A stretch of 64,000 bases of DNA from Spirochaetaceae bacterium (GCA_965224705.1 OZ245056.1:800001-864000), one strand, 5' to 3'. Shown: positions 19,392 through 29,598, counted from the stretch's first letter. The notes: a model not told the origin generated them from the sequence alone. Numbers and translations are program-made.

Positions 19392-21303
19392 TATTCCTGT
19401 TCAGCAGAGTTACACCTACCTGTCCGAACAGGAGGTTTCTGTTGGCTGCCGCGTAAAGGCAGAGTTGGGTTCCCGCCGTCTCATTGGCTGGGTTGTGGGG
19501 AGTCATGATAAACCTCCGCAGAAATTGAAAAAGGTTAAGAGTATTGAAAAAGTTGTGGATTCTCAGTCTCTTTTCGGTAAGGATACCCTGTCTCTGGCCC
19601 GGTGGATGTCAGCACTTACCCTTTGCAGTCTTGGCGAATCTCTGGCCTGCATGCTTCCTGGCGGACAGAGGGAAGGCCGGGGATTGTTGGATGATGACGG
19701 ATATCAGGCAGTCCGTATTGATGAACTTACCTCCGGGCAGTCCAGAGCTCTGGATGCTGTTCAAAAGAGTACTGATCAGTGGTTTTATCTCTATGGCGGA
19801 ACAGGGTCAGGTAAAACCGAAGTGTTTCTTCGTGTTGCTGAAAGAATGATTTCACAGGGCAGGGGGGTTATCTACCTTGTGCCGGAAATTGCTCTGAGTC
19901 ATCATCTGGCGGAGGGACTGGTAAAACGGTTTCCAGATAATCTTGCCGTGCTACATTCCAGTCTTACCCAATCTCAGCGTTTAACTCAGTGGCGGAAAAT
20001 CCAGAATGGTGAGGCCTTGTTTGTTCTTGGAGCCAGAAGTGCTGTATTTGCACCCGTCGATAATCTTGGATTGATTGTAATTGATGAGGAACATGAGGGT
20101 TCTTATAAATCCTCAAAGACGCCTCGTTATCACGCCCGGCAGCTGGCAATGAGGCGGTGTCGGCTGTCCGGAGCTACTCTGGTTATGGGGAGCGCAACTC
20201 CTTCGGTGGAGGCCTGGTCTCTGATGAATAACGGCCGATTGCAGAAACTGGAGTTGAAAGGTCGGCCAGCAGGTGGAGATTTACCTAAAATTTCTGTTGT
20301 CAATATGCAAAAAGTCAGCGGAGTTTTATCGCGGGATGTGCACATGGCTCTTACCCGTGTGTTGAACGAAGGCCGTCAAGCCCTCCTTTTTCTGAACAGG
20401 AGAGGGTTTTCCTATCATTATCAATGCCCGGACTGCGGAGAGGAGATTCTATGCCATCAATGCAGCGTCCCCCTCACCTATCACAAGAATCGAAATACAA
20501 TGATGTGCCATTACTGCGGTTATACAAAACTGCCTCCATCAATCTGTTCCAACTGCAATTCCCGGCAGATAAGGGCCCATGGCTTTGGTACGGAGAAAAT
20601 CGAAGACGAAATACAATCTCTGTATCCTGAAAAACGTATTGCCCGCCTTGATCGTGATACAACGGGGAGGAAGGGAGTTCTGGCATCGATACTGAAAGAT
20701 TTTAGAACTGGGAAAATTGACATTCTTCTGGGTACTCAGATGGTGGCCAAAGGGCTCAATGCACCTGGTGTCAAGCTGTCAGTCATTCTTGCCGCAGACA
20801 CAGCATTGAATCTGCCGGATTTCCGCTCTGCTGAACGGACATTTTCCCTCATTGTTCAGGTTGCCGGCCGAGCAGGACGTTTTCGCCCTGACGGAGAAGT
20901 TATAATACAAACCAACCGTCCTGAGTCCTTTCCGGTGAAATTCGCTGCTGAAAACAGAATTATTGAATTCTATGAGTATGAATTAAGTCAGAGAGCCATG
21001 CTGGGCTTTCCTCCCTACAGTCGTCTCTTTCGATTGGTTGTAAGGGGCAAAAAGGAGGAAAATGTAAGGAAATACCTGGATAAGCTGGCGGAGAATCTTT
21101 CTCAGGGCACGAAAAGCTGGGAGTTAATGGGGCCAGCCGAATGCCCGCTGGGTATGATTAATGGCCACTATCGGCGGCATGTAATTCTCAGAAGCCAGTT
21201 CTTTGACCAGACTCATGCAGCCGTAGCGTCGGCGGTCGCCAGCGTCAGGAAGATGGATGGCTTGAGGCTGGAGATTGACATGGATCCGGTAGATTTGTTA
21301 TAG
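19366..21303 (+). CDS. priA: Primosomal protein N' (replication-restart helicase)
   Basis: GGTGSGKTEV, DEEHE, SATP, a Cys-rich region, GTQMVAKG and QVAGRAGR. Confidence 0.96.
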   Translation: MFYLELVFNIPVQQSYTYLSEQEVSVGCRVKAELGSRRLIGWVVGSHDKPPQKLKKVKSIEKVVDSQSLFGKDTLSLARWMSALTLCSLGESLACMLPGGQREGRGLLDDDGYQAVRIDELTSGQSRALDAVQKSTDQWFYLYGGTGSGKTEVFLRVAERMISQGRGVIYLVPEIALSHHLAEGLVKRFPDNLAVLHSSLTQSQRLTQWRKIQNGEALFVLGARSAVFAPVDNLGLIVIDEEHEGSYKSSKTPRYHARQLAMRRCRLSGATLVMGSATPSVEAWSLMNNGRLQKLELKGRPAGGDLPKISVVNMQKVSGVLSRDVHMALTRVLNEGRQALLFLNRRGFSYHYQCPDCGEEILCHQCSVPLTYHKNRNTMMCHYCGYTKLPPSICSNCNSRQIRAHGFGTEKIEDEIQSLYPEKRIARLDRDTTGRKGVLASILKDFRTGKIDILLGTQMVAKGLNAPGVKLSVILAADTALNLPDFRSAERTFSLIVQVAGRAGRFRPDGEVIIQTNRPESFPVKFAAENRIIEFYEYELSQRAMLGFPPYSRLFRLVVRGKKEENVRKYLDKLAENLSQGTKSWELMGPAECPLGMINGHYRRHVILRSQFFDQTHAAVASAVASVRKMDGLRLEIDMDPVDLL

Positions 21304-21361
21304 AAACGCCCCGGAGCTGTTCCCATGACAAAACATTTTAATTGTATTATATTCAGGATGT

Positions 21362-21850
21362 ATGGAGATATACACTATCAGGGTTGAGAATCAGCTGCAT
21401 ATTCTGCGGCAGGTTGCCGCACCCATTCAGAAAATTGATACTGAGACCGCTGTTCTTGCCCGGCAAATGATTGATACGATGATAAGGGGGAATGGTATAG
21501 GTTTGGCCGGACCGCAGGTTGGACTGTTGCAGCGCATATTCGTTGTTAAACCAGGTGATGAGGAGCCCCTCGTTTTCATCAATCCAGAAATAACGGCCAC
21601 CAGTTCGGAATTATCGCGATATGAGGAAGGATGCTTGAGTATTCCCGGTCAATATGCCACCGTAAAACGCCCGGCGGAGATTCAGGTTCAGGCCTGGAAT
21701 CTCCGGGGACGTCCGTTCACCATGGGAGCAGGCGGCCTTTTGTCAACGGTCATTCAACATGAACTTGATCACCTCAATGGGATTCTCTTCATTGATCATT
21801 TGAGCCGCAGTAAGAAGAAAAAAATCCTTGACAGCCAGATAAGTGCCTGA
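21362..21850 (+). CDS. def: Peptide deformylase
   Basis: GIGLAGPQVG, EGCLSIP and QHELDHLNG motifs. Confidence 0.96.
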   Translation: MEIYTIRVENQLHILRQVAAPIQKIDTETAVLARQMIDTMIRGNGIGLAGPQVGLLQRIFVVKPGDEEPLVFINPEITATSSELSRYEEGCLSIPGQYATVKRPAEIQVQAWNLRGRPFTMGAGGLLSTVIQHELDHLNGILFIDHLSRSKKKKILDSQISA

Positions 21851-22804
21851 ATGAGAATACTTTTTGCAGGCTCTCCATATATCGCCGTCCCTTCACTGCG
21901 ATCCATAGCAAGTCAATTCACAGTGGCAGGAGTTCTTACTGCCCCGGATAAAACCTCCGGGCGAGGACGCAGACTTACGCCTCCTGCTGTCAAAACTGCA
22001 GCGAAAGAACTTGGTTTGCCCATTCTCCAGCCTGTCAGAGTGGATGAAGAGGCAAGGAATGCTGTATTGAAACTCAAACCTGATCTACTGGTTGTATTTG
22101 CGTATGGAAAAATCTTCGGACCGAAGTTTCTGGATATTTTTCCAATGGGAGGTATCAACATGCACCCCTCGGCTCTGCCTCGATTTCGCGGGCCCTCCCC
22201 CCTGACGGCCGCCATACTGGCTGGGGATGATGAGACAGCCCTGACCGTTCAGAGATTGGCATTGAAAATGGATTCAGGTGACATACTTCGGCAGACGCCC
22301 CTCAGATTGAGTCCGTCAGAAACAACAGGTTCATTGGAAGAAAAAGTAGCCCGACAGGCTGGAGATGAACTGTTGACGGTTCTCAAAAGTATTCAATCCG
22401 GCACTGTTGTGGGTTATGCACAAAAGCATGAATCAGCCACATATTGCCATTTGATTACAAAGGATTCCGGCCGTATTGACTGGAAACAAAACGCCGTCGA
22501 TATTGAGCGCATGGTTCGAGCGTATTATCCCTGGCCAAAAGCACGAACAAAATTCTCCGGCCGAAGTTTGGCCATACTGGAGTCCAATGTTGGATTCACA
22601 GGAGGCAGAGACGATTCTCCCACACCCGGTACAGTCTTGAGTGTGGATAAGAGTCATGGTATCCTGGTACAGACGGGTAATGGAATTCTTGGAGTGACAC
22701 GATTACAGGCAGAGTCAAGAAAACCGATGGAGTTCAACGCATTTCTTAATGGTGTGAAAAACAAGACTGGTATGCTGTGGGGGGATGGAAATGAAAAGAT
22801 CTGA
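21851..22804 (+). CDS. fmt: Methionyl-tRNA formyltransferase
   Basis: INMHPSALPRFRGPSP and MDSGD motifs; follows def. Confidence 0.95.
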   Translation: MRILFAGSPYIAVPSLRSIASQFTVAGVLTAPDKTSGRGRRLTPPAVKTAAKELGLPILQPVRVDEEARNAVLKLKPDLLVVFAYGKIFGPKFLDIFPMGGINMHPSALPRFRGPSPLTAAILAGDDETALTVQRLALKMDSGDILRQTPLRLSPSETTGSLEEKVARQAGDELLTVLKSIQSGTVVGYAQKHESATYCHLITKDSGRIDWKQNAVDIERMVRAYYPWPKARTKFSGRSLAILESNVGFTGGRDDSPTPGTVLSVDKSHGILVQTGNGILGVTRLQAESRKPMEFNAFLNGVKNKTGMLWGDGNEKI

Positions 22805-23867
22805 ACGATTGCGGGACAAACTGCCAAAATTCATTCCAGGTTCTCCTGACGCTGCTGATGATGCCATGTCTGACAGCACTGATGATCAAAAAAGTGCATC
22901 GTTTTTTCGACAATCCATTCTCATCATCGGCATTGCACTGTTCATAATGCTGTTCTTCTTTATTATAGCATTTTTCTTTGCGGTTCGTGGGGCTGAACGG
23001 ACAATCGTACCGAATATTGTCAGCCTGGAACTAACCGAAGCCATGGTGATGCTCCAGGAAAGAGAACTCTACCCCCGGCTGCAGCTGAAATATACCGGAA
23101 CTCCCGATGACAAGGGGCTGATTATTGACCAGAACCCGGAAGCAGGTCTCTATGTCAAAGCAGGTCGCCGGATAACGGTTACCGTAAGCAAAGGGGCTGT
23201 CATTGACAACGTCGAAAACTATGTTGGCAAAGATCTGGATGAGGTAAGGGGGAGATTGACTACTTTGTTCTCAACCTATGAACCTCTTTTGTATATCAGG
23301 GAACCTGTAACTTACGTCTATAACAGTGCTCCTCAGGGGATTGTACTTTCTCAATCTCCTGAAGCAGGAACTCCATTAGGAGAGCCGCGGGAACTGATAC
23401 TGATTGTCAGTCGTGGAAATAGCGACAGACAGCTGACACTGCCAGGCTGGATTGATTGGAATAGTAACGGTACATTGGATTCCCTGGCCTCTCTTCCATT
23501 CAGTTTTCGATTCATTCCGGACAATGTTCCGCCAGTGGGATCTGCTCCACGAGTGAGAAGGCAGTACCCGGTGGAAGGTACAAAGCTGAATCCGGGAAGT
23601 ATGGTCACATTGTATTACAGTATCCCGGATTACATCCCTGAAGACTCTCAATACGGCCTGTTTTCATACGAATTGCCAGTGTATCCAGTGCCGGTTCTTC
23701 TTGAGGTATTTGTTCTGGAACCTGGCAATGAAGAGAGAATGTTTTTTTCCATGCCCTATGTTGGCGGACCTGTTTCCTTTCCCTATGTCTTTCCAATCGG
23801 TACGGTTCTCTATCTCAGGGTGAATGGCGAAGAAATCCATCGGCAGGTTGTTGAGGCTCCAGGCTGA
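22785..23867 (+). CDS. PASTA-domain membrane protein
   Basis: Single TM helix, then PASTA repeats (IIDQNPEAG, VLSQSPEAG, VRRQYPVEG); no kinase domain. Confidence 0.85.
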   Translation: MEMKRSERLRDKLPKFIPGSPDAADDAMSDSTDDQKSASFFRQSILIIGIALFIMLFFFIIAFFFAVRGAERTIVPNIVSLELTEAMVMLQERELYPRLQLKYTGTPDDKGLIIDQNPEAGLYVKAGRRITVTVSKGAVIDNVENYVGKDLDEVRGRLTTLFSTYEPLLYIREPVTYVYNSAPQGIVLSQSPEAGTPLGEPRELILIVSRGNSDRQLTLPGWIDWNSNGTLDSLASLPFSFRFIPDNVPPVGSAPRVRRQYPVEGTKLNPGSMVTLYYSIPDYIPEDSQYGLFSYELPVYPVPVLLEVFVLEPGNEERMFFSMPYVGGPVSFPYVFPIGTVLYLRVNGEEIHRQVVEAPG

Positions 23868-24663
23868 TGAGGCTTTTCGCTGAATGCACCGTTCCGAGGG
23901 CATGGCTGTATTGATTCCAGAATTCCAACAATTTCTGCTGTGAATTGTCAAAAAACTCATTCTGCATTGCAGCAGCATCAACTCCTATCCATCGCCAGTG
24001 CCAGCTTTCCCATTGATAGCCCGTTGGATAATGAGTGGTTTCTTCTGGGTAGGAAAGACTCCATCCATAGTCTTTTGCATTTTGCATCAACCATTGACCG
24101 GCAGGTGTTTCTGCGAATTCGTTTGTTATACTCCCAAAGTCAACAGATGTTCCAAGCTGATGCTGGCTGTATCCTGGTGGAGCGGAAAACCTGACGGCTC
24201 TTGTGTATCCAAACCGTTTTACATAAGCTTCATGAGTTTTTTTCTGGTATTCACTGGAACGATATGCCGATGAAACGTGGAGCTGAATACCGGATTCCAA
24301 TGCCTTTTTCGTCATGGAAAACAGGGATTGACAGGCCTGGGAGTCGAGCTTCATACCATTTTTATTTACAAAGAAAGAATCGGGACTGAGGATTTTGAGA
24401 TTGTCCGGTTGATAATCAAGGGGCAGGGGGTGAGTTTTGTCAATAAGAATCAGATATTCCGGGGAGGTCTTCAGCATCTGGTGGGCAAGGGATAGAAATC
24501 GCTGAGCACTCTGCTTTGTTCCAAATGTTAAAGCCGGAATCAAACTCTCAAGTTCTGAAATTGAGAGATCAAAATTGGGATGAATCATTGAGTTCTCCAA
24601 TTCAGCAGGGAAGCATATTCCACTGAGTAGCAGAAAAACTAAGTAAAAAAGACAGTATTTCAT
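23815..24663 (-). CDS. M15B D-alanyl-D-alanine carboxypeptidase (VanY-like)
   Basis: SAYRS, SAPPGYSQHQLGTSVDF and WESWHWRW motifs; N-terminal signal/TM segment. Confidence 0.88.
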   Translation of the reverse strand: MKYCLFYLVFLLLSGICFPAELENSMIHPNFDLSISELESLIPALTFGTKQSAQRFLSLAHQMLKTSPEYLILIDKTHPLPLDYQPDNLKILSPDSFFVNKNGMKLDSQACQSLFSMTKKALESGIQLHVSSAYRSSEYQKKTHEAYVKRFGYTRAVRFSAPPGYSQHQLGTSVDFGSITNEFAETPAGQWLMQNAKDYGWSLSYPEETTHYPTGYQWESWHWRWIGVDAAAMQNEFFDNSQQKLLEFWNQYSHALGTVHSAKSLISLEPQQPADGFLRHSP

Positions 24664-24703
24664 CTCTGATCCAAGAATATACAATGTTCAGGGGTAATCC
24701 AAG

Positions 24704-26227
24704 ATGGTGACTCCTTACTATAATATGAGTGTGAGTACATTCAAAGAAGCCCACAGGGAGGCCCGGAACATGTTGGACCGGGGAGGTTTTAAAGATGCAT
24801 TTTCTCGCATCGCCAATGTCAAAGCAAGCCGTCCTGATCAGTTGTTCGATAAGATTGCGCTCATTGCCGATGCCGGCATAGCCCTCAGGAATATCAAAAT
24901 CCTTGAGTATGGTTTGTATTTACTGGAGCATAATGCCCGGGACACTCTTGCTGTACCGGCATGTGCTCCCTACCACTGGTTCAACCTGGGTAATCTGCAG
25001 GTCAATATACTATCATTGCTTGAGTATGAAGGCAGCAGCCGATGCTGGTATGACAGGCCATTAACGGTCAAGTCCCGGGAAGCCTACAAAAAAGCTGCTA
25101 ACAGTGTTGTGGATGATAATCATTTCAAATCTCAGATTCTTACAGCCCATGGCCGTCTCCTCTATGGTCTGGGGCGGGACAGGGAGGCTTTTGATCTATT
25201 TCACAAAGCAACTTTACTGAATCCGGATGAAGATGAGGCTGAACTGGGTAGAATTGAATCTCTGGCTGCAATCTCCGGTACGGCACCAGCTCTGGAAGAA
25301 AACCTGTTGAAGGAGGCTGGCGGCCGTTTAATCTCTCTGGAGAAAAGAAGTGAAAGTCATAAATGGAACAGCAACATTAAGGAACTCAAAGAACTGATAT
25401 CTGAACGTCTGGGAACCTCCGACATTGAAGAACCGGATTATCCGCGAAATACCATCGATATTGACAGTGAAAAAGGGTACACGATGGTAATGTACAACCT
25501 GAAGCATCACCTGTACCTGAGTCCATGTGCAGGTTGTTTGAAATGTGACAGGGCCATAGGTGATGCTGCTGTTATCGGTGCCAGACATGCTGTTTTTGGC
25601 GGGAAAGTTGCAGACCGCTACCGCCGTATGGCGATATTGATTGGGCGTCTTACTGAACGGCATCGCGCATTGCGGGCAGCTTTGTTTGACCATCATCAAA
25701 AAATTGAAGTTCCTGACGGCGCTGATTATCAGCCCCACATCCCGGCTGTTGACAGCTGGAAACCCATCCCCGCGGCAACAGTCTCACTCCTCAGCATTCT
25801 ATCAGGTTTAAGGGCAGTGATGGAGGGAATGGCCGCTTGTGCAGGTCTATACCTTGATCGAGAGATAAAATCTCCATTGAAAATGAATGACATACTTGGC
25901 ACCCCCACCTCTCCCAACACGGATTTGTACAAATTGAAGAATCCGGCTTTTCATGCCTTCTGGGATCTCTGGGCCGATGGTGAAGAGGATTTGATACCAG
26001 GAGTTAATCTAATTCGAGAATTTGGAGATAACCTTTCTTCCCGAAATGCAGAGAGTCTTTCACTCAATCATGACGATCTTACAGTACAGGCCATGTCCCT
26101 TACGGAATGGTCTGGAAAACTTATATTCTATCTCATTCGCATTGCGGACAGGGATGCCCGTGGGGATACGGAAGATCCTTCTGCCTGGCCCCTGAGGCCA
26201 TTTGTTATACCGGAAAGCATCCTCTAA
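24704..26227 (+). CDS. TPR-containing hypothetical protein, possibly a degenerate LA2681-like HEPN protein
   Basis: TPR-like helices (AHGRLLYGLGRDREAFDLFHKATLLNPD); C-terminal resemblance seen by eye only; start uncertain (24704/24725/24731). Confidence 0.55.
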   Translation: MVTPYYNMSVSTFKEAHREARNMLDRGGFKDAFSRIANVKASRPDQLFDKIALIADAGIALRNIKILEYGLYLLEHNARDTLAVPACAPYHWFNLGNLQVNILSLLEYEGSSRCWYDRPLTVKSREAYKKAANSVVDDNHFKSQILTAHGRLLYGLGRDREAFDLFHKATLLNPDEDEAELGRIESLAAISGTAPALEENLLKEAGGRLISLEKRSESHKWNSNIKELKELISERLGTSDIEEPDYPRNTIDIDSEKGYTMVMYNLKHHLYLSPCAGCLKCDRAIGDAAVIGARHAVFGGKVADRYRRMAILIGRLTERHRALRAALFDHHQKIEVPDGADYQPHIPAVDSWKPIPAATVSLLSILSGLRAVMEGMAACAGLYLDREIKSPLKMNDILGTPTSPNTDLYKLKNPAFHAFWDLWADGEEDLIPGVNLIREFGDNLSSRNAESLSLNHDDLTVQAMSLTEWSGKLIFYLIRIADRDARGDTEDPSAWPLRPFVIPESIL

Positions 26228-26238
26228 CGAACACCTCG

Positions 26239-26400
26239 GAGTCTGTCGGACTTTAAGGCTTCGAGGCGATTTTTGATGATTTTTCCTGATGCAAGGCAAC
26301 AAAAACTTAAGCGTAGCTGGGCTACGTGAGTATTTTGGCAACGCGGTAGCGGGGAAAAAAGGGCAAAAATCGAGCCGTGAGGCGTAAGTCCGACAGACTC
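26239..26400 (+). repeat. ~162-bp structured TIR repeat, copy 2
   Basis: Same TIRs and core as copy 1; flanked by a perfect 4-bp direct repeat CTCG (26235-26238, 26401-26404). Confidence 0.92.
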
Positions 26401-26491
26401 CTCGGAGGGAGTGAAATTTGCCTATTGGCAGCAGGGTGAAGATTGCTGACAGGATCAGAAGTTTTCAAGTATTGGTTTTTCAGGATTCTAC

Positions 26492-26519
26492 TTGACAGCA
26501 GGATATTTTCTAATATACT
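26492..26519 (+). promoter_or_regulatory. Putative sigma70 promoter
   Basis: TTGACA-16 bp-TATACT upstream of the lipoprotein gene. Confidence 0.5.
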
Positions 26520-26546
26520 TTATACTTAGGAAGACAGGGGGTTAAT

Positions 26547-27449
26547 ATGAAATATATTAAAATAACAACTGTTCTTATGCTCATCTTATTGGGAATTTCC
26601 TGTAAGGGCAACATTTTTACAGGTAATCTGTTTAGTGCGTTGGATCCATATAAACCACCCTCGGAGAATGAACTGACGACAACCGAAGCAATCATGGATG
26701 AAGTAACGGATGGGCGTTTCCTGGATTATCTGGGTCAATCCCCGGAACTGGCTGAAAAAATCCTGGGAATACTGGAGGCTGAAAAGGATGACATTGTTGA
26801 CAAACTTAACGCTGGTGAAACTATCACCGATGACGAAAAACAATCACTCCTTGCTCTGTCACAGGTTGAATTTGCCGCCAGTGAAGCAGATGAATCACTG
26901 GCAAAAACGAATGATTTGATCGAGGACGTTGCTCAAGGTGAATCTGTATTGAGCTCAACAGCGGATCTATTAAAAAAGATTATAGTCATTGAAGATGGTC
27001 TGACAGAGAATGAGAAAAAAGAAAGTGTTAGAATGCAGATTGATGCTATGGTGAACAGTGCTGAGTATCTAAGGTTGTATCAGGATATTAATACAGACAA
27101 AGATGGAAACTACCTCCCGCCGGAAAGTACTGATTACCCTGAATCAGAAACAGCCTTTGATGCACTGTATTCGGGTGTTGTCTCATATATCACATCCAAT
27201 ATTATAGTAACTCAAGAAATAAAAGATGACTATCCTGGTACCACCGATGACGATGAGCTGCGTAAACTTGCCTTAACTGATGCCTTAGTTGCAGAAGTGA
27301 CCATTCCTAAGTATGAGAAACCAGCTGGTCTTGGTACAGATCCCGAAATGAAGGAACTGACTGAAGCCATTCTGGAGGAACAGGGAGTCGACAAAATAGT
27401 CGATCGTGGCCTGGGACTCGATACTGTTCTGGAAAAACTGGTTGGTTAA
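26547..27449 (+). CDS. Acidic lipoprotein of unknown function
   Basis: Lipoprotein signal MKYIKITTVLMLILLGISC; very Asp/Glu-rich body. Confidence 0.75.
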   Translation: MKYIKITTVLMLILLGISCKGNIFTGNLFSALDPYKPPSENELTTTEAIMDEVTDGRFLDYLGQSPELAEKILGILEAEKDDIVDKLNAGETITDDEKQSLLALSQVEFAASEADESLAKTNDLIEDVAQGESVLSSTADLLKKIIVIEDGLTENEKKESVRMQIDAMVNSAEYLRLYQDINTDKDGNYLPPESTDYPESETAFDALYSGVVSYITSNIIVTQEIKDDYPGTTDDDELRKLALTDALVAEVTIPKYEKPAGLGTDPEMKELTEAILEEQGVDKIVDRGLGLDTVLEKLVG

Positions 27450-27453
27450 TTCT

Positions 27454-28740
27454 GTGAAGAAAACGATACTGCCTTTATTTCTTTTAGTGCTCGGATTTAA
27501 TTCTTTAGATGCCGAACCGCGTTACAGGTTTGATCGGCCATTTGCCTGGACAAGTCCTGAAATTATGGCTCAGGGAGGTTCCTACACGGCAATTGCCAGT
27601 GGTTTTAACAGTCTGATGACAAACCCTGCTGGCTTTGCCTTCAACCACAATCGTAAAAAAATGAAGTCCAGGAGCCACACAAATCAGATTTATACAACGA
27701 TTCAGGGTGATACAATAGTTGTCCTTGAGGAAGAAGCAACTGAAAGAACTGTGTATCAGGAGAGGGGAGAAGTGACCATATTGGGACTTCAACCCATAAT
27801 AACTGCAAATCCCTTTACATTGCTGGGAGATCCGTCAGCTTTTTCGAATACTCAATCTATGATACCCGTGTTGTTTGATCAATTGAAGAACAATGGTCTG
27901 GGAGCCGCAGTGCAAGCCGGTGGAGGCTATGTCGGCCATGGTCTCGGCTTTGGTCTTATTGCTTATCTTGATGGAATGTTTCCTGGAACTCGTTATATTA
28001 CTTCCGTCAATGGCAGTATGACTCTAACCGTATCACTTGTTGGAGGATATGCACACAAGTTTCACTTTGGTCCTGTTGATCTGGCGATTGGAGCTGATGT
28101 TCGACCTATGTGGCGTCTTAAAATAAAAGACCTGGGGTTCAATACGGTACTGGACCAATTAGGTGGTGAAGGATTCTCACCGGAGGATCTTCTGGCCAAC
28201 AGTGATACATTGACAGGATGGGCAATTGGTTTTGATGCTGGAGTACTTGCCAAGTGGCGATTTCTTTCAATGGGATTCTCTTTGCGGGATATTGCCCATA
28301 CCCGATATCAATACAAAACCACCAACTTAATTACTGGCAGCTTAAACCCTTTTACGGGGAAAAATTACTCAGGTATACCATATATCTCACCAATGACTCT
28401 CAATATAGGTATTGGGGTGCAGCCTGATTTTGGCAGGTTGAACAAGTTTCTGGCATTCAAGGCTCATGCGGAGTTTAAAATCCCGTTGATTAACGCAGAT
28501 GAAGTCGCTGATTTTGTTGAGAAGAGTTTCTGGTCCATTCTACATCTTGGAACTGAAGTTAAGTTTTTTGACATTCTCTCTCTTCGCGGCGGCTTCTCTT
28601 CAGGGTATTTAACCGCAGGATTTGGACTTGATCTGTGGATCGTCGAATTGAATGCGGCAATTTACTCCCAGGAAGTTGGAAGACAGGCCGGAGATGATCA
28701 GCAGATGGGCGTCAATATGGAACTGGTTTTTCGCTTTTAG
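27454..28740 (+). CDS. Outer-membrane beta-barrel protein (TraF/FadL/PorV-like)
   Basis: Signal peptide, MAQGGSYTA...SLMTNPAGF hatch-like motif, amphipathic strands, C-terminal Phe (MELVFRF). Confidence 0.7.
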   Translation: MKKTILPLFLLVLGFNSLDAEPRYRFDRPFAWTSPEIMAQGGSYTAIASGFNSLMTNPAGFAFNHNRKKMKSRSHTNQIYTTIQGDTIVVLEEEATERTVYQERGEVTILGLQPIITANPFTLLGDPSAFSNTQSMIPVLFDQLKNNGLGAAVQAGGGYVGHGLGFGLIAYLDGMFPGTRYITSVNGSMTLTVSLVGGYAHKFHFGPVDLAIGADVRPMWRLKIKDLGFNTVLDQLGGEGFSPEDLLANSDTLTGWAIGFDAGVLAKWRFLSMGFSLRDIAHTRYQYKTTNLITGSLNPFTGKNYSGIPYISPMTLNIGIGVQPDFGRLNKFLAFKAHAEFKIPLINADEVADFVEKSFWSILHLGTEVKFFDILSLRGGFSSGYLTAGFGLDLWIVELNAAIYSQEVGRQAGDDQQMGVNMELVFRF

Positions 28741-28793
28741 GAGTCTGTCGGATTTACGCCTCACGGCTCGAAGCCTTAAAATCCGACAGACTC
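28741..28793 (-). repeat. 53-bp internally deleted copy of the structured repeat (copy 3); likely hairpin between convergent genes
   Basis: The two ends of the repeat are joined at a shared CTCGA; TIR GAGTCTGTCGGATTT/AAATCCGACAGACTC. Confidence 0.85.
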
Positions 28794-28893
28794 CTGGGAG
28801 CCTATAAAACTGTAAAAGGTTGTTTGCTCCGGGACTTTATGCCGTATTTCATTTTGTTTTTTCGAGAGTCAGTCCTGGATTCACCAGAATGCT

Positions 28894-29598
28894 TCAGTCC
28901 GTTGAACTGTGAGAATTGGAACTCTCCCGGGCAAACATCTTGAAACTCCAATATGCCAAACTCAAAAATGTACCAAACAGCAAAGTGAACTCCCAGGTTT
29001 CACGATGGGTAAGCGGATCTGCCACCCGAATTACGATGTCGGTTAGAACCTGACTCATTTTATCCACCAGATTCCAGCTGTTCCACCGCAGGAATCTTCC
29101 AAGGTAGACACCGAAACATGCGATATAAATGAGTACTACCGGCACCAAAGTCGACCAAATTCGGGAGAAAGCTGCAAAAAATCGAGTCTCAAGCAGGTGA
29201 AGGCTCACAAACCCATAAAACATCCCGGTAAACCCAAAACTGAGGATGAGTATCATATCAAACCATAGCGGGACTCCAGGATTGCCGCACAGATGTACCA
29301 GATCCGTCAGAATATATGGTGCATTGGGAAATAATACGACCCAGCAAATGAGTAGAATCGTGAGAATCCATCTGCTTCGGAACTGTCGAACTTTCACCAG
29401 AGTCGCAATTGACCATGGGATGATGGCCAGAAAGAGATTCCACCAAAGGAATAGAAACATTGAGCTGTTCGTCACTATGACACGAATCAGTGTTAGCGAA
29501 ATGGAAAACAAGGAGAGGGATAGAAGTGCCATCGTCGATCGAATGGCGAAAATGTCCCTGATATATCTTTTTAGCAAAATGACCTCCGCATTTCTCAA
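28894..29598 (-). CDS. DUF1361-family membrane protein
   Basis: WNLFLAIIP, FPNAPYILTDLVHL and GVYLGRFLRWNSW motifs; start uncertain. Confidence 0.85.
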   Translation of the reverse strand: MRNAEVILLKRYIRDIFAIRSTMALLSLSLFSISLTLIRVIVTNSSMFLFLWWNLFLAIIPWSIATLVKVRQFRSRWILTILLICWVVLFPNAPYILTDLVHLCGNPGVPLWFDMILILSFGFTGMFYGFVSLHLLETRFFAAFSRIWSTLVPVVLIYIACFGVYLGRFLRWNSWNLVDKMSQVLTDIVIRVADPLTHRETWEFTLLFGTFLSLAYWSFKMFARESSNSHSSTD

